DNA of 64,000 bases from an uncultured Bacteroidia bacterium. Its GTDB lineage: Bacteria; Bacteroidota; Bacteroidia; Bacteroidales; Prolixibacteraceae. Made by a program: the position numbers and the translations under genes. Position 1 is the first letter of the stretch, and each line of letters begins with the position of its first letter. The notes under the pieces were generated by a model. The model had not been told where the DNA came from, searched no databases, and worked only from the letters and a program-made list of their open reading frames with translations. This document shows positions 36,008 to 47,358 of this stretch, piece after piece. The stretch is from contig CAIVMQ010000006.1 in NCBI GenBank assembly GCA_903907075.1, positions 1,808 through 65,807 on the forward strand, written 5' to 3'.

Positions 36008-38626
36008 ATGAATTCAAAACAGATACGTCAGACTTTTCTCGATTTTTTTGCTTCCAAATCCCACGCTATAGTCTCTTCTGCTCCCATGGTTGTTAAGAAT
36101 GATCCTACTCTTATGTTTACCAATGCAGGGATGAACCAGTTCAAGGATATTTTTCTGGGCAATTCTCCTGTCACCAATCCACGGATTGCAGATACCCAAA
36201 AATGTTTAAGGGTTTCTGGAAAGCACAACGATCTGGAAGAAGTTGGCCACGACACCTATCATCATACGATGTTTGAAATGCTAGGAAACTGGTCATTTGG
36301 TAATTACTTTAAAAAAGAGGCGATCGATTGGGCATGGGAACTATTGGTTGATATTTATAAAATTCCTGTCGATAAACTTTATGTGACGATTTTTGAAGGG
36401 GATGCCAAGGATGGCGTTCCAATGGATACCGAAGCATACGATTTCTGGCGAATCTATCTGCCAGAGGATAGAATCCTTAAGGGGAATAAGAAAGATAACT
36501 TCTGGGAAATGGGCGATTCCGGCCCTTGTGGCCCCTGCTCCGAAATCCATGTTGATATCAGAAGTGAGGAAGAAAAATTAAAGATCAACGGTCGCGATCT
36601 TGTAAATGAGGGACATCCTCAGGTTATTGAGATTTGGAACCTGGTATTTATTCAATTTAACAGAAAAGCAAGTGGTCAACTCGAAGAACTGCCTGCTAAA
36701 CATGTTGATACGGGAATGGGTTTTGAAAGGCTATGTATGGTAATTCAAAATAAACAATCGAATTACGATACGGATGTTTTTCAAAATGTTATCGAACAAA
36801 TTGGTTTTCTTGCCGGTAAAAAATATGGATCTGATGAAAAGGCTGATATCGCTATGCGCGTTATTGCCGATCATCTTAGGGCAATCTCATTCGCAATTAC
36901 CGATGGGCAGCTCCCTTCAAATAACAAAGCGGGGTATGTTATTCGGCGTATCTTGCGACGTGCGGTACGCTATGGCTATACCTTTCTTAATTTCAGAAAA
37001 CCATTTATTCATCAGCTCGTTCAAGTATTAGCAGAGAATATGGGAGGGGCATTTCCGGAGTTGATTAAACAACAGGAACTCGTGGTAAATGTTATTCGCG
37101 AAGAGGAAGATTCCTTTCTGCGAACTCTTGAAACAGGGATCAAATTACTGGACCATATTATCGTGGATACAAAGAAGAATAATGGGACAGAGGTTAGCGG
37201 AATCGTAGCATTCGAACTTTACGATACCTTTGGCTTTCCGCTCGATCTAACTGAACTGATCCTTCGGGAACAAGGTCTCACCGTAAATCGCGAAGAGTTT
37301 GAAGTCGCCATGGATGACCAAAAGAATCGCTCACGCAGTGCTACACAGCTTGAAACTGGCGATTGGATTGAGGTTCAACAGGCAGCAGGAGACAGTTTCG
37401 TTGGATATGACACCCTTGAAGCTCTGATAAAAATCAACAGATACAGAAAAGTTAAGGGTAAGAAAGGTGAGTTTTATCAGCTGGTATTTAACACCACTCC
37501 TTTTTATGCAGAATCGGGCGGTCAGGTTGGTGATTCTGGAACTATCGAAGCCAATGGAAAAAAATTAGAGATCTTTGATACCGTTAAAGAGAATAATCTA
37601 ACGGTTCATCTGGCTAAGGTGCTGCCAGAAGATCCAAAGTCGATTTTTAAGGCTGTCGTGAATCGTTCTAATCGAAAATTTACTGAGAATAACCATACGG
37701 CGACACACCTTCTGGATCATGCCTTGCGTGAGATTCTAGGAAAGCATATTGAGCAAAAGGGATCGTTGGTAACGCCCGACTCATTGCGTTTCGACTTTAA
37801 CCATTTCCAGAAAGTTACTGATCAGGAGTTGCATCAGATTCAATATCGTGTTAACGAATTAATACGTGCGAATGATAGGTGTGACGAACGTCGTGAAGTG
37901 CCAATCTCGGATGCCGAATCTATGGGTGCAATCGCTCTATTTGGCGAAAAGTATGGCGATCGGGTACGCGTAATAAAATTTGGCGATTCGGTAGAATTAT
38001 GTGGAGGTACTCATGCCGAATCGACAGGAACCATCGGCCAGTTTGTGATTCTTTCTGAAGGCTCAATATCTGCTGGCGTTCGTCGTATTGAGGCTATCAC
38101 AGCAACCAAAGCAGAAGAATATATCGGACAAAATTTAAAGACGCTCAAAGAGGTCTCTACGCTGTTTAATAATCCCGCTGATCTTAAGGGGGCTGTCGAA
38201 GATTTATTTGCGAAATATCAGCTTCTTTCTAAACAAGCCGAAGCGTTTGAGAAGGAGAATGCGGGCAAATTAAAACGTGAGCTCTTAACTCAGGTGGAAC
38301 CAGTGAATGGGATTAATTTTCTAGCGAAACAACTTAAGGTTGATAACTCCAACATGCTTAAGGATATAGCTTTTCAACTTAAAGGTGAAGTCTCAAATCT
38401 GTTTCTTGTTCTTGCTGCCGAAATTGACGGAAAGGCGAATGTACATGTGATGATATCTGATAATTTGCTTAAAGAAAAAGGGTTGAATGCGGGTGAAATT
38501 ATACGTGAATTGGCAAAAGCGGTTAATGGAAGTGGCGGAGGACAGCCTTTTTATGCAACAGCGGGTGGTAAGGAGCCTTCTGGTATACCGGTGTTAATCC
38601 GAAATGCCCGAAGGTTTATAAAATAG
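36008..38626 (+). CDS. alaS: Alanine--tRNA ligase
   Basis: 872 aa. Class II core ([10 protein letters not shown]), editing domain (HTATHLL...CGGTH) and a C-terminal DHHA1-like domain. Confidence 0.95.
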   Translation: MNSKQIRQTFLDFFASKSHAIVSSAPMVVKNDPTLMFTNAGMNQFKDIFLGNSPVTNPRIADTQKCLRVSGKHNDLEEVGHDTYHHTMFEMLGNWSFGNYFKKEAIDWAWELLVDIYKIPVDKLYVTIFEGDAKDGVPMDTEAYDFWRIYLPEDRILKGNKKDNFWEMGDSGPCGPCSEIHVDIRSEEEKLKINGRDLVNEGHPQVIEIWNLVFIQFNRKASGQLEELPAKHVDTGMGFERLCMVIQNKQSNYDTDVFQNVIEQIGFLAGKKYGSDEKADIAMRVIADHLRAISFAITDGQLPSNNKAGYVIRRILRRAVRYGYTFLNFRKPFIHQLVQVLAENMGGAFPELIKQQELVVNVIREEEDSFLRTLETGIKLLDHIIVDTKKNNGTEVSGIVAFELYDTFGFPLDLTELILREQGLTVNREEFEVAMDDQKNRSRSATQLETGDWIEVQQAAGDSFVGYDTLEALIKINRYRKVKGKKGEFYQLVFNTTPFYAESGGQVGDSGTIEANGKKLEIFDTVKENNLTVHLAKVLPEDPKSIFKAVVNRSNRKFTENNHTATHLLDHALREILGKHIEQKGSLVTPDSLRFDFNHFQKVTDQELHQIQYRVNELIRANDRCDERREVPISDAESMGAIALFGEKYGDRVRVIKFGDSVELCGGTHAESTGTIGQFVILSEGSISAGVRRIEAITATKAEEYIGQNLKTLKEVSTLFNNPADLKGAVEDLFAKYQLLSKQAEAFEKENAGKLKRELLTQVEPVNGINFLAKQLKVDNSNMLKDIAFQLKGEVSNLFLVLAAEIDGKANVHVMISDNLLKEKGLNAGEIIRELAKAVNGSGGGQPFYATAGGKEPSGIPVLIRNARRFIK

Positions 38627-38702
38627 TTAAACTACGTGTATTTCTGCGTTCATTCGTGCGCTCCTGTCTCTGTTTTTTGTATATTAGCACAATCTAAAAC
38701 AT

Positions 38703-41700
38703 ATGCTCATGAGAAGTTTTTTGACTTTCCTATTTTCTGTTGCAACGGCAGGATTTCTACTACTATTGTTTGCTACGTCACTGGCTGTGGGTACTTTTAT
38801 AGAAAATAGCTATGGGACAGAGGCCGCCAGGTCACTGGTTTATAATGCTTGGTGGCTAGAATTAATTATGATTCTGCTCTCTGCTAATATGATAGCTAAT
38901 TTTATCCGTCATAAGATGTATAAAAGAGCTAAGCTAACAATGGGGATTTTCCATTTGGCTTTTATCCTAATTATTATTGGTGCCGGAGTGACCCGTTATT
39001 TTGGTAGTGAAGGGGTAATTCATATCCGGGAAGGGGAGTCTTCGAATATTCTGGTCTCGACAGAAACAAAACTTAATCTGCTGACATCTTTTCAAGGAGA
39101 GCAAAAACATTTCTCAGCCTCTGCCGGAGCTGAAACATTAGCTGGAAATAAATTAGCGGCCAACATCAAGGTTGGAGAAAAAGAGTTTAGTCTGAAGTCA
39201 ACCAGCTATATGGTAGATGCTCAGCGTAGTCTAATTCCTGATCCGCAAGGTGAGCCAATGATCGATTTTGTTTATGCTCAGGGTGGAGGAATGAAAAGTG
39301 AATTGCTGCATGTAGGACAGATTATTAATGCCAATGGACTTACAATAGGTTTTAATGCGCAAGCAAATGTCCGGTTTATTCTGCGTGGCGACAGTCTTAA
39401 ACTTGTGGCTAATGATATCATTCATGCTTCCAATATGCAGGCACAGGAGTTGCCTGCTACATCACCCGAAAAGGAGATCGTGTGTACTGAAAAAATGATT
39501 TATCAGGTCAGTGGCACCTCACTGGTGGTTAAGAAATTTTCAAAGGCAGCAAGAGCAGAAGCGGTAGCCGGAAACGGAAAGCAAACGGGCGAAAATGCCC
39601 TCGTAATTCAATTGGCAGATAATCAAAAGCAACAAAATATTACCCTCTGGACCACCTCCCAGAATGAGTCTTCAAAATATACCGGATCTTTCAATGGAAT
39701 TGATTTTCAAATGTGGATTGGTCCTGAAGAAAAAGCACTTCCTTTCTCCCTTAGATTAAACGATTTTGTACTCGTGCGGTACCCCGGTTCCAATAGCCCC
39801 TCATCATACGAGAGTATGGTTACCCTAACTGATAAAGAGATGGGTATTACAAAAGATTACAAGATATTTATGAATAATATTTTGAACCATAGGGGATATC
39901 GTTTTTATCAATCTTCTTATGATATGGACGAAAGAGGAACAATCCTTTCTGTAAATCATGATATGGCAGGAAGTTTGATCACCTATCTGGGGTATTTTCT
40001 TCTATTCATGGGTATTCTACTCTCGATATTTAATCCTCACAGTCATTTCTTTAATTTAATGAAACGGGCGTCTACCGGTACAGCCCTTCTTCTGCTCTTG
40101 CTTTTGCAAAGTAGTTTCTCGGCAAAAGCTGCTGATCCGCAGTCTATATCTCCTGATATTGCAAAGGAATTTGCCAAGGTTTGGGTGCAGGGGCATGATG
40201 GCCGAATTAAACCTTTTAGTACCCTGGCTTACGAAATGGTGATGAAGGTTTCGCGTGCAGAAGTTATTGCCGGACAAATTCCCGAAGCTGTCGTTCTGGG
40301 TATGCTCGCCTATCCCCAAGAGTGGCAGCAAGTCCCAATGATTGCTATTTCGGATGATCAGATTGGATCAAAATTAGGCATCTCGTCAAGCAAAGCCTCA
40401 TTTAATGATTTCTTTGATGCACAGGGAAATTATAAATTAGCGAATGAAGTGCAAGCTGCTTTTGCAATGAAACCCGGTGATCGGAAATTAGTGGATAATA
40501 ATGTGATTAAGATTGATGACCGGCTCAATGTTGTTTATCAGATTTATCATGGCGACATGTATAAATTTTTCCCCTCTCCTGATCGTACAGATCAGGTTTG
40601 GTACACTCCCATTACCCATTTCCCATCTAGTTTTGGTCCTGATTCATCACTTGTGGCCCGGGTTTTCCCTGATTTTGTTATGGCTCTGCGTAGTGGAAAT
40701 AATGAGTTAGCCGGAAAATCTATCGGCATGATTATCGGCTATCAGGAGCACTATGGATCGGTTCTTATTCCAGGCGAGACAAAGCAGCAACTTGAAATAT
40801 TCTATAATCGTATCAATATATTTAAAAACCTCTCCTTTCTCTATTTATTACTAGGATTAGCTCTTTTTGGATTCTTCTTCTATTCGGTACTTACCGGGAA
40901 AAAATTGAACCATCAAGCCATTAAATATATTGTGATTGTCCTGTTTCTAGGCTTTATCGCACAATGTGCCGGATTGATAATCAGAGGGTTTGTTTCGGGC
41001 CATTTGCCATGGAGTAACGGTTACGAATCGATGATCTATATCGCATGGGCGGTCATGCTCGCAGGACTTATCTTTGCCCGGACCAACGCTATGGTTTTAT
41101 CGGTCTCATCTATCTTATCCGGTCTTACCCTTTTTGTTGCTCAGATGAGCTGGCTTAACCCGGAGATAACGAATTTGGTCCCTGTGTTAAGATCTTATTG
41201 GTTAGCTATTCATGTGGCTGTAATTACGGCTAGTTATGGCTTCCTTGGTGTAAGCGCGATCATAGGCTTTGTGAATCTACTTATGGGATCTTTCCGGACC
41301 CAGGCAAATAATATTAGGATTACGTTATCGATATCTCAACTTACATTGATCAGCGAAGCCTCTATGATTCTTGGATTATATCTGCTTACAATTGGAACTT
41401 TTCTTGGCGGAGTTTGGGCCAACGAATCGTGGGGTCGCTATTGGGGATGGGATGCCAAAGAGACTTGGGCGCTGATCAGTGTCCTTTATTATGGCTTTAT
41501 TTCTCATATGCGCCTCATTCCTGGACTTAGAGGATGGTTTGCCTATAACCTGGCCTCCGTAATCGGATTCCTCTCTGTATTAATGACCTATCTTGGGGTT
41601 AATTATTACCTCTCAGGCCTTCACTCCTATGGTAGCGGAGAGGGGCTGCAATTTCCTGTTTCACTTATAGTAATCTATGGTTTAGTTGGAATAATCGCAT

Positions 41701-41741
41701 TTATTGCGAATAAGAAAGAAACGACAATTAAAATAGAATAG
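38703..41741 (+). CDS. ccsBA: System II cytochrome c biogenesis protein, fused ResB/CcsB-CcsA (CcsBA)
   Basis: 1012 aa. ResB-like N-terminal half and a CcsA-like C-terminal half with the WWD motif WGRYWGWDAKETW. Confidence 0.8.
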   Translation: MLMRSFLTFLFSVATAGFLLLLFATSLAVGTFIENSYGTEAARSLVYNAWWLELIMILLSANMIANFIRHKMYKRAKLTMGIFHLAFILIIIGAGVTRYFGSEGVIHIREGESSNILVSTETKLNLLTSFQGEQKHFSASAGAETLAGNKLAANIKVGEKEFSLKSTSYMVDAQRSLIPDPQGEPMIDFVYAQGGGMKSELLHVGQIINANGLTIGFNAQANVRFILRGDSLKLVANDIIHASNMQAQELPATSPEKEIVCTEKMIYQVSGTSLVVKKFSKAARAEAVAGNGKQTGENALVIQLADNQKQQNITLWTTSQNESSKYTGSFNGIDFQMWIGPEEKALPFSLRLNDFVLVRYPGSNSPSSYESMVTLTDKEMGITKDYKIFMNNILNHRGYRFYQSSYDMDERGTILSVNHDMAGSLITYLGYFLLFMGILLSIFNPHSHFFNLMKRASTGTALLLLLLLQSSFSAKAADPQSISPDIAKEFAKVWVQGHDGRIKPFSTLAYEMVMKVSRAEVIAGQIPEAVVLGMLAYPQEWQQVPMIAISDDQIGSKLGISSSKASFNDFFDAQGNYKLANEVQAAFAMKPGDRKLVDNNVIKIDDRLNVVYQIYHGDMYKFFPSPDRTDQVWYTPITHFPSSFGPDSSLVARVFPDFVMALRSGNNELAGKSIGMIIGYQEHYGSVLIPGETKQQLEIFYNRINIFKNLSFLYLLLGLALFGFFFYSVLTGKKLNHQAIKYIVIVLFLGFIAQCAGLIIRGFVSGHLPWSNGYESMIYIAWAVMLAGLIFARTNAMVLSVSSILSGLTLFVAQMSWLNPEITNLVPVLRSYWLAIHVAVITASYGFLGVSAIIGFVNLLMGSFRTQANNIRITLSISQLTLISEASMILGLYLLTIGTFLGGVWANESWGRYWGWDAKETWALISVLYYGFISHMRLIPGLRGWFAYNLASVIGFLSVLMTYLGVNYYLSGLHSYGSGEGLQFPVSLIVIYGLVGIIAFIANKKETTIKIE

Positions 41742-41767
41742 CAATTCTTGAATCGTGTTTGTGAGAA

Positions 41768-41803
41768 AAATCCTGATCAGTAATTTACTGATCAGGATTT
41801 TTT
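41768..41803 (+). terminator. Intrinsic terminator after ccsBA
   Basis: Near-perfect palindrome aaatcctgatcagtaa-t-ttactgatcaggattt followed by a T run. Confidence 0.85.
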
Positions 41804-41991
41804 AGTGTAAATTAGATGATAAATAGGTTGAATAAATTATTGACTACATGAAATATAGGTACTCTACAGCCCTTCAGTAGGTATTTATCAACCTTTTGGA
41901 TATCTCTTTTTAACCATAATAACCAATTAATTGGAGTTCTTTAGTTGCTTTATTTAATGCAATTTTTACTTTTACCTAAAAATACACCATT

Positions 41992-43779
41992 ATGGTAGTC
42001 AAACGTACCTTCGATATCCTGGATCATTGTCTTGAAAATTTCTCCCGGCCTGATGCGGTATGCGGGAAATATGACAATAAATGGGTTCAATTTAGTACGG
42101 AGCAATTTGCACGTCAGAGTGAATTACTCGCGTTAGGCCTTTTGGCCTTAGGAATACAAAAAGGTGATAGAGTCGCAACGGTATCGGGTAATCGCCCCGA
42201 GTGGACTTTTGTCGATATGGCTTTAGCAATGACTGGGGCCATTCATGTTCCTGTTTATCCCACTATTAGTAATGAGGAGTATCGCTATATTTTCACTCAT
42301 GCAGAAACCCGTTTCCTCTTTATTTCTGACGAAAAACTCTATAATAAACTTAACCCAATGGTGGAAGAGATAACCACTCTGGAACAAGTTTTTACCTTTA
42401 ACAAGATTCCCGGAGCTACGAATATAGACCACCTTTATCAACTCGGAGAGACAAATGAGAAATCGTTAATGCCTGTGCTTATTGCCTCAAAAGAATCGAT
42501 TACCGACCAGGAGATGGTTACCATGATTTATACTTCTGGCACAACGGGTATTCCCAAAGGTGTTATGCTGTCGCATCGTAACCTGGTATCCAATTTTACA
42601 ACCCATGCTAAAAACTTTGATCTTGGCTTGGCACATAAGTCGATCTCATTTCTTCCCCTCTGTCATATCTTTGAACGAATAGTCAATTATAACTTTCTAT
42701 ATAACGGAATTGGAATCTATTATGTAGAGACTTTAGCTCAAATAATGCCTGCAATAAAAGAGGTTCAGCCACATATATTCTGCGGCGTTCCCCGACTGCT
42801 TGAGCGGATTTATAACAGTATTCTTACAAAAGGGAAACAACTTAAAGGGATAAAAAAGTGGCTTTTTTTCTGGGCAGTCGATCTTACCAAGGGATATGAG
42901 CATAACATGCGGATGACGCTGTGGTTCCGTTTAAGACTCGCAATTGCTGATAAGTTAATATTCTCAAAATGGCGCGAGGGGTTAGGTGGAAACCTTCAGA
43001 TCATCGTCTCCGGAGGTGCTGCATTACAGCCCAGAATAGCACGTGTTTTTAGTGCAGCTAAGATTTATGTCCTCGAAGGATATGGACTAACTGAGACATC
43101 ACCGGTAGTAGCAGTTGGCAATTTGATGACTCGCGAAATGAAGATTGGAACGAATGGTCCAATATTGCCCGGTGTTGAAGTTAAAATTGCCGAAGATGGA
43201 GAGATACTGACAAAGGGTCCAAATCTAATGATGGGCTATTACCGCCAGCCGGAGCTTACTGCAGAGGTAATTGATAAGGACGGATGGTTCCATACCGGCG
43301 ATATCGGTATTCTTGACGAAGGAAAATACCTTAAGATTACCGATCGAAAGAAAGAGATTTTCAAGTTAACTGGCGGTAAATACATTGCTCCTCAGATGAT
43401 TGAGAATAAAATCAAGGAGTCGATGTTTGTCGATCAAGTTATAGTTATCGGTGATCACGAAAAATTTGCCAGCGCCTTGATATCCCCCAACTTCGAGTAT
43501 CTGCACGATTGGTGCTCTAGCCATCAGATTCTTTTTAAGGATAACGAAGCGGTTATCACTAATCCAAAGGTACAGGCTCAATTTTTACTCGAGATTAAGG
43601 AGATTAATAAAACATTGGGACTGCATGAGGAGATAAAGAGGTTTCGATTAATCTCAGATTCCTGGACACCTCAGGGGGGCGAGTTATCGCAAACCCTTAA
43701 GCTTAAACGTAAAGTTATAGAAGCTAAATATAAAGAGCTAATCGAGCAGATCTTTGCCCCTTCACGAGATCAGGATTAG
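41992..43779 (+). CDS. AMP-dependent long-chain acyl-CoA synthetase
   Basis: AMP-binding motif YTSGTTGIPKGV, plus GYGLTE and TGDIG. Confidence 0.8.
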   Translation: MVVKRTFDILDHCLENFSRPDAVCGKYDNKWVQFSTEQFARQSELLALGLLALGIQKGDRVATVSGNRPEWTFVDMALAMTGAIHVPVYPTISNEEYRYIFTHAETRFLFISDEKLYNKLNPMVEEITTLEQVFTFNKIPGATNIDHLYQLGETNEKSLMPVLIASKESITDQEMVTMIYTSGTTGIPKGVMLSHRNLVSNFTTHAKNFDLGLAHKSISFLPLCHIFERIVNYNFLYNGIGIYYVETLAQIMPAIKEVQPHIFCGVPRLLERIYNSILTKGKQLKGIKKWLFFWAVDLTKGYEHNMRMTLWFRLRLAIADKLIFSKWREGLGGNLQIIVSGGAALQPRIARVFSAAKIYVLEGYGLTETSPVVAVGNLMTREMKIGTNGPILPGVEVKIAEDGEILTKGPNLMMGYYRQPELTAEVIDKDGWFHTGDIGILDEGKYLKITDRKKEIFKLTGGKYIAPQMIENKIKESMFVDQVIVIGDHEKFASALISPNFEYLHDWCSSHQILFKDNEAVITNPKVQAQFLLEIKEINKTLGLHEEIKRFRLISDSWTPQGGELSQTLKLKRKVIEAKYKELIEQIFAPSRDQD

Positions 43780-43781
43780 AC

Positions 43782-44405
43782 CTAGTTAAAGGTGGTTTTT
43801 TTATATCTTGAATATCTGAAATTTCCAAATTTCAACGATAACAATGCATTAAATCCACTGATGTCGCTTGCTTTAAGTGAACCGTAAGTTACATTTGCTA
43901 GCGAACGATAGCTGGCCCCAATTCCCACTTTTGCGTAATCCCAGATATTCGCTTCAATCATAAATCCAGGCTCTGCAAAGATAAAATTAGGATTGCCAGT
44001 AAGTGCGACTCCATTGGTATTCCCATTTATTTTAAACTCTCCGATGCCAACAGAGAGAGGAAAGGTGAGATGAACTTTTTCCTTCGGCCATAACGTATAT
44101 TCAAGATGTAATCCGCCCCATTTCATTTGGAGTCGTCCCATAGCTGGATCGACTGATAATGGGATGTTTGTTGTAGAGCGATAATAACGTATCCCGACCG
44201 AGATTTTTTTATTGATGATTACCCCTGCCCCTATACCCGGAATAACGGTTCGCTTTAGGTCAATCTGAGTGTATTGGCCAATCATATTTAGGTATAATGC
44301 GATATCTCTGGGCTTATCCTTAAATAGTTTGTCCATCGGATTTAACTGGCCACTGAGATTGAGTGTGCCAAGAATAATAATGCCAAATATAAGTAGCCTC
44401 TTCAT
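43782..44405 (-). CDS. Hypothetical small outer-membrane beta-barrel protein
   Basis: 207 aa with a signal peptide, alternating hydrophobic strands and a C-terminal aromatic region. No family recognised. Confidence 0.4.
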   Translation of the reverse strand: MKRLLIFGIIILGTLNLSGQLNPMDKLFKDKPRDIALYLNMIGQYTQIDLKRTVIPGIGAGVIINKKISVGIRYYRSTTNIPLSVDPAMGRLQMKWGGLHLEYTLWPKEKVHLTFPLSVGIGEFKINGNTNGVALTGNPNFIFAEPGFMIEANIWDYAKVGIGASYRSLANVTYGSLKASDISGFNALLSLKFGNFRYSRYKKTTFN

Positions 44406-44812
44406 TTTTTATGAAACCTTAATTTTACCTTAAAGATAAAATTTTTGGTGTTTAAATATGCTAATTATTGATGGTTTTTATGGCTTAGCATTTTTATCAA
44501 TTTAACCTATCATACTTAGTTAAACGATTGTGATAAATTGCTTAATTGAAATTCAAAGTGTTGATTTCTATTTAAAGAGAGGTACACACCTGTTTGGAGA
44601 ATCTTTAGGAAGTAAAGTAATCCTTTTTTGACCATTATTTACAATTGATAACTCGGGGTAGCTAATTTTGGCAGAAAAGGTTTATTTTTGCGTTTAAGAA
44701 AATGCATTAGCTCTATTTTGTTGGCAAGGATTAGTGTTTTTAAGGAGACTCTTTGCTATTTTTATTTTTGCCTTACTAACTTGCAACTTATTGAATTTGA
44801 ATTTTTACTTGT

Positions 44813-45739
44813 ATGGAGAAGATTTTAATCACGGGTGCAACCGGAAATGTAGGATTAAGTACGTTAAAGTTATTGCATGGCCGTCAATATTCTGATATTG
44901 AGGTTGTTGCTGCTGTTCGTGATATTGAAAGGGCCAAGCATATTGAGGGGATTGCAGATTGTAACTTTTGCCATTTTGAGTTTGATGAACCCGCAACTTA
45001 CGATAAGGCTCTTGAAGGTGTAACTAAGATTGTACTTATTCGCCCAAATCAGGTGTCTGATGTATCTCGATATATTTTTCCATTTCTTGCTAAGGCAGAA
45101 AAATTGGGGGTTAACCAGATCGTTTTTGTCTCTATCGTGGGCGCAGAGAGAAATAGGATTTTTGCGAATCACCGTACTGAAAGTCATTTTAAAAAACTCT
45201 CTATTCCCGTTACGATTCTCCATTCGTCGCTCTACATGCAAAACTTGTCGACCTTTCATAGGCACGACATTCAAGATCATGATAAGATTAATATCCCAGC
45301 GGGCCATGGACTCGTTAATTATATTGATGTAAGAGACGTTGCTGAAGTTATTGATATGGTATTGACGAATCCTATTCATTTACATCAGACCTATGAGATT
45401 TGCGGTCCTGAGTCACTCGACTTTTACCAAATTGCTAAATTGTTCTCCGATGAATTAGGCCATGAAATAAAATATACCCGACCATCGACTATTCGGTTTG
45501 TTCGACAGAAATTGCTTGAAAAAAGACAGTTGCTGTATGTGCTAACCCTCTCCTTACTCTATTCTGCAGCTCGAAACGGAAAGATGAATTATACCAATGA
45601 TATCTTCCGGACAATTACTGGACATAACCCACGTAATTTAGCCGATTTTATTCATGAATTCAGCGCATGCTGGATAAAATCAGAGACAACTAATAAACCT
45701 GAAAAATTGAAGAAACGGAGACTTCGCCGACTTCTTTAA
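44813..45739 (+). CDS. NmrA/SDR-type NAD(P)-binding protein
   Basis: N-terminal ILITGATGNVG Rossmann motif. Confidence 0.7.
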   Translation: MEKILITGATGNVGLSTLKLLHGRQYSDIEVVAAVRDIERAKHIEGIADCNFCHFEFDEPATYDKALEGVTKIVLIRPNQVSDVSRYIFPFLAKAEKLGVNQIVFVSIVGAERNRIFANHRTESHFKKLSIPVTILHSSLYMQNLSTFHRHDIQDHDKINIPAGHGLVNYIDVRDVAEVIDMVLTNPIHLHQTYEICGPESLDFYQIAKLFSDELGHEIKYTRPSTIRFVRQKLLEKRQLLYVLTLSLLYSAARNGKMNYTNDIFRTITGHNPRNLADFIHEFSACWIKSETTNKPEKLKKRRLRRLL

Positions 45740-45845
45740 ACTCCATATTGCTAGTTTATTTTCGAATCTTTCTGTTTTCCCTTCCAAATCGATTGAATGT
45801 TAGGTTGGATTTCTGTATATTTATAGATATCTAATATCAACTAAG

Positions 45846-47141
45846 ATGAAATCAACTCAATTCTTTTTGACGTTATTTTTTTGTCTGGTATATTGTAATC
45901 TGAATGCCCAATTAGACATCGGAAAAAAATTAAAGAATCAGACAAACAACAAAGCCAATAAAGAGGTTAATCAAGAGATTAATAAAGGCCTTAATAGTGT
46001 TGAGAGTGGTGTTAAAGATATTTTTAAGAAGAAAAAGCCCCCTGTTATAACCCAACAACAGCCGTCTAAAGATACCCTCTCTAAGGTCGTTAATCCCCAG
46101 ACACCTAAAGATCCTTCTTCTTCCTCTTCACAATTACAGGCTTATTCCAAGTTCGATTTTATACCTGGTGAGAGAGTAATCTTCTTTGAAGATTTTAGTC
46201 AGGATAAGGTAGGCGATTTTCCTGCCTTATGGAATACCAATGGTTCAGCAGAGGTGGTTACTACAAATTTATTTCCGGGAAATTGGATGCGATTTGTGAC
46301 TAGAGATGCGATCTGGACCGATGAACTTTTAATCCTGCCGGATAATTATACTATTGAATTTGATGTAATCCCCATTCAAGGAGAAGAGAAGCGGATGGCC
46401 GGATACCAGTTCCGGCTTATGCAAGCAACAAATATCAAAGCATTTGACCATGGTTCGGCACCTGGTAAAGGGGGATTTTTGTTTGGCGTTGAATATTTTG
46501 GAAGACCATCCTTTAGTACATGGTTTAATCAAGAGGGTTGCCCGATCCTTGCGTTACGTGGTTCGAAAGAAGATGAAGCAAGCAAGGAGAAGGAGAATCA
46601 GAAATATCATATTGCTTTATGGGCTCAAAAATCACGAATTCGGCTTTACCAGGATCAGAATAAATTATTTGACCTGCCCAAAGCAATGCCTGTTGAATGT
46701 ATTAAAGTTGATCGGATAAGATTCGAAGAAGGGGCCGCAATGATTTCGAATGTGCGCATTGCTGTTGGTGCACCCGATATCCGGAACAAACTGATTACGG
46801 AAGGAAAACTTGTTACCTATGGGATTTATTTTGACGTAAATAAGGATGAGGTTAAGCCGGAGTCTTATGGAACATTGAAAGAGATAGCAGCTATTCTAAA
46901 TGAAGTTCCGGATGTAAAAGTGACTATTGTAGGTCATACCGATTCTGACGGGGATGAATCTAAAAATATTGATTTGTCAAAACGTCGTGCTGCCGCTGTT
47001 AAAACTGAATTGGCTCGCTCTTTTGGTGTTAATGGAGACCGACTGGTTACGGATGGAATGGGTGAAACTAAACCTGTCGCTCCTAACGACTCGCCCGTAA
47101 ATAAAGCGCTTAATAGAAGGGTCGAATTTATTAAATTGTAA
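45846..47141 (+). CDS. OmpA-family protein with an uncharacterised N-terminal domain
   Basis: Signal peptide, a Lys/Gln/Pro-rich linker, about 250 aa of unknown domain, and a C-terminal OmpA_C domain (GHTDSDG...LSKRRA...NRRVEF). Confidence 0.75.
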   Translation: MKSTQFFLTLFFCLVYCNLNAQLDIGKKLKNQTNNKANKEVNQEINKGLNSVESGVKDIFKKKKPPVITQQQPSKDTLSKVVNPQTPKDPSSSSSQLQAYSKFDFIPGERVIFFEDFSQDKVGDFPALWNTNGSAEVVTTNLFPGNWMRFVTRDAIWTDELLILPDNYTIEFDVIPIQGEEKRMAGYQFRLMQATNIKAFDHGSAPGKGGFLFGVEYFGRPSFSTWFNQEGCPILALRGSKEDEASKEKENQKYHIALWAQKSRIRLYQDQNKLFDLPKAMPVECIKVDRIRFEEGAAMISNVRIAVGAPDIRNKLITEGKLVTYGIYFDVNKDEVKPESYGTLKEIAAILNEVPDVKVTIVGHTDSDGDESKNIDLSKRRAAAVKTELARSFGVNGDRLVTDGMGETKPVAPNDSPVNKALNRRVEFIKL

Positions 47142-47142
47142 T

Positions 47143-47172
47143 AGTGAATAGCTTAATGCTATTCACTTGTTT
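47143..47172 (+). terminator. Putative terminator after the OmpA-family gene
   Basis: agtgaatagc (47143-47152) pairs with gctattcact (47158-47167), followed by tgttt. Confidence 0.55.
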
Positions 47173-47358
47173 CCTGTAATTGGAATAATTATTTTGCAGC
47201 TTTTGCTATTGGCAAAGGTACTTCTCTCGATTAACCATCTGCTTTGATTTTAATATCCGAATAGCTACTGTTATTAAGTTATAGGCTAAGTGTTCTGTTC
47301 CTCTTTTGCCATTATCCGGGATCTTGGGAATTCAGCTCTTTTAATGATCTAATCGGAT

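Noticed and set aside
44870-45379. 169-aa minus-strand ORF
   Set aside because: It is antisense to the NmrA-type gene, which has a clear Rossmann motif. This is a shadow ORF.
47251-47263. ttaatatccgaat, identical to the last decamers of array copy B, in the convergent OmpA/cca intergenic region; a related aatcggatt lies at 47351-47359
   Set aside because: There are no other phased CG units, no -7 box 18 nt downstream and no gene to drive. It is an isolated half-site, or possibly a decayed copy.
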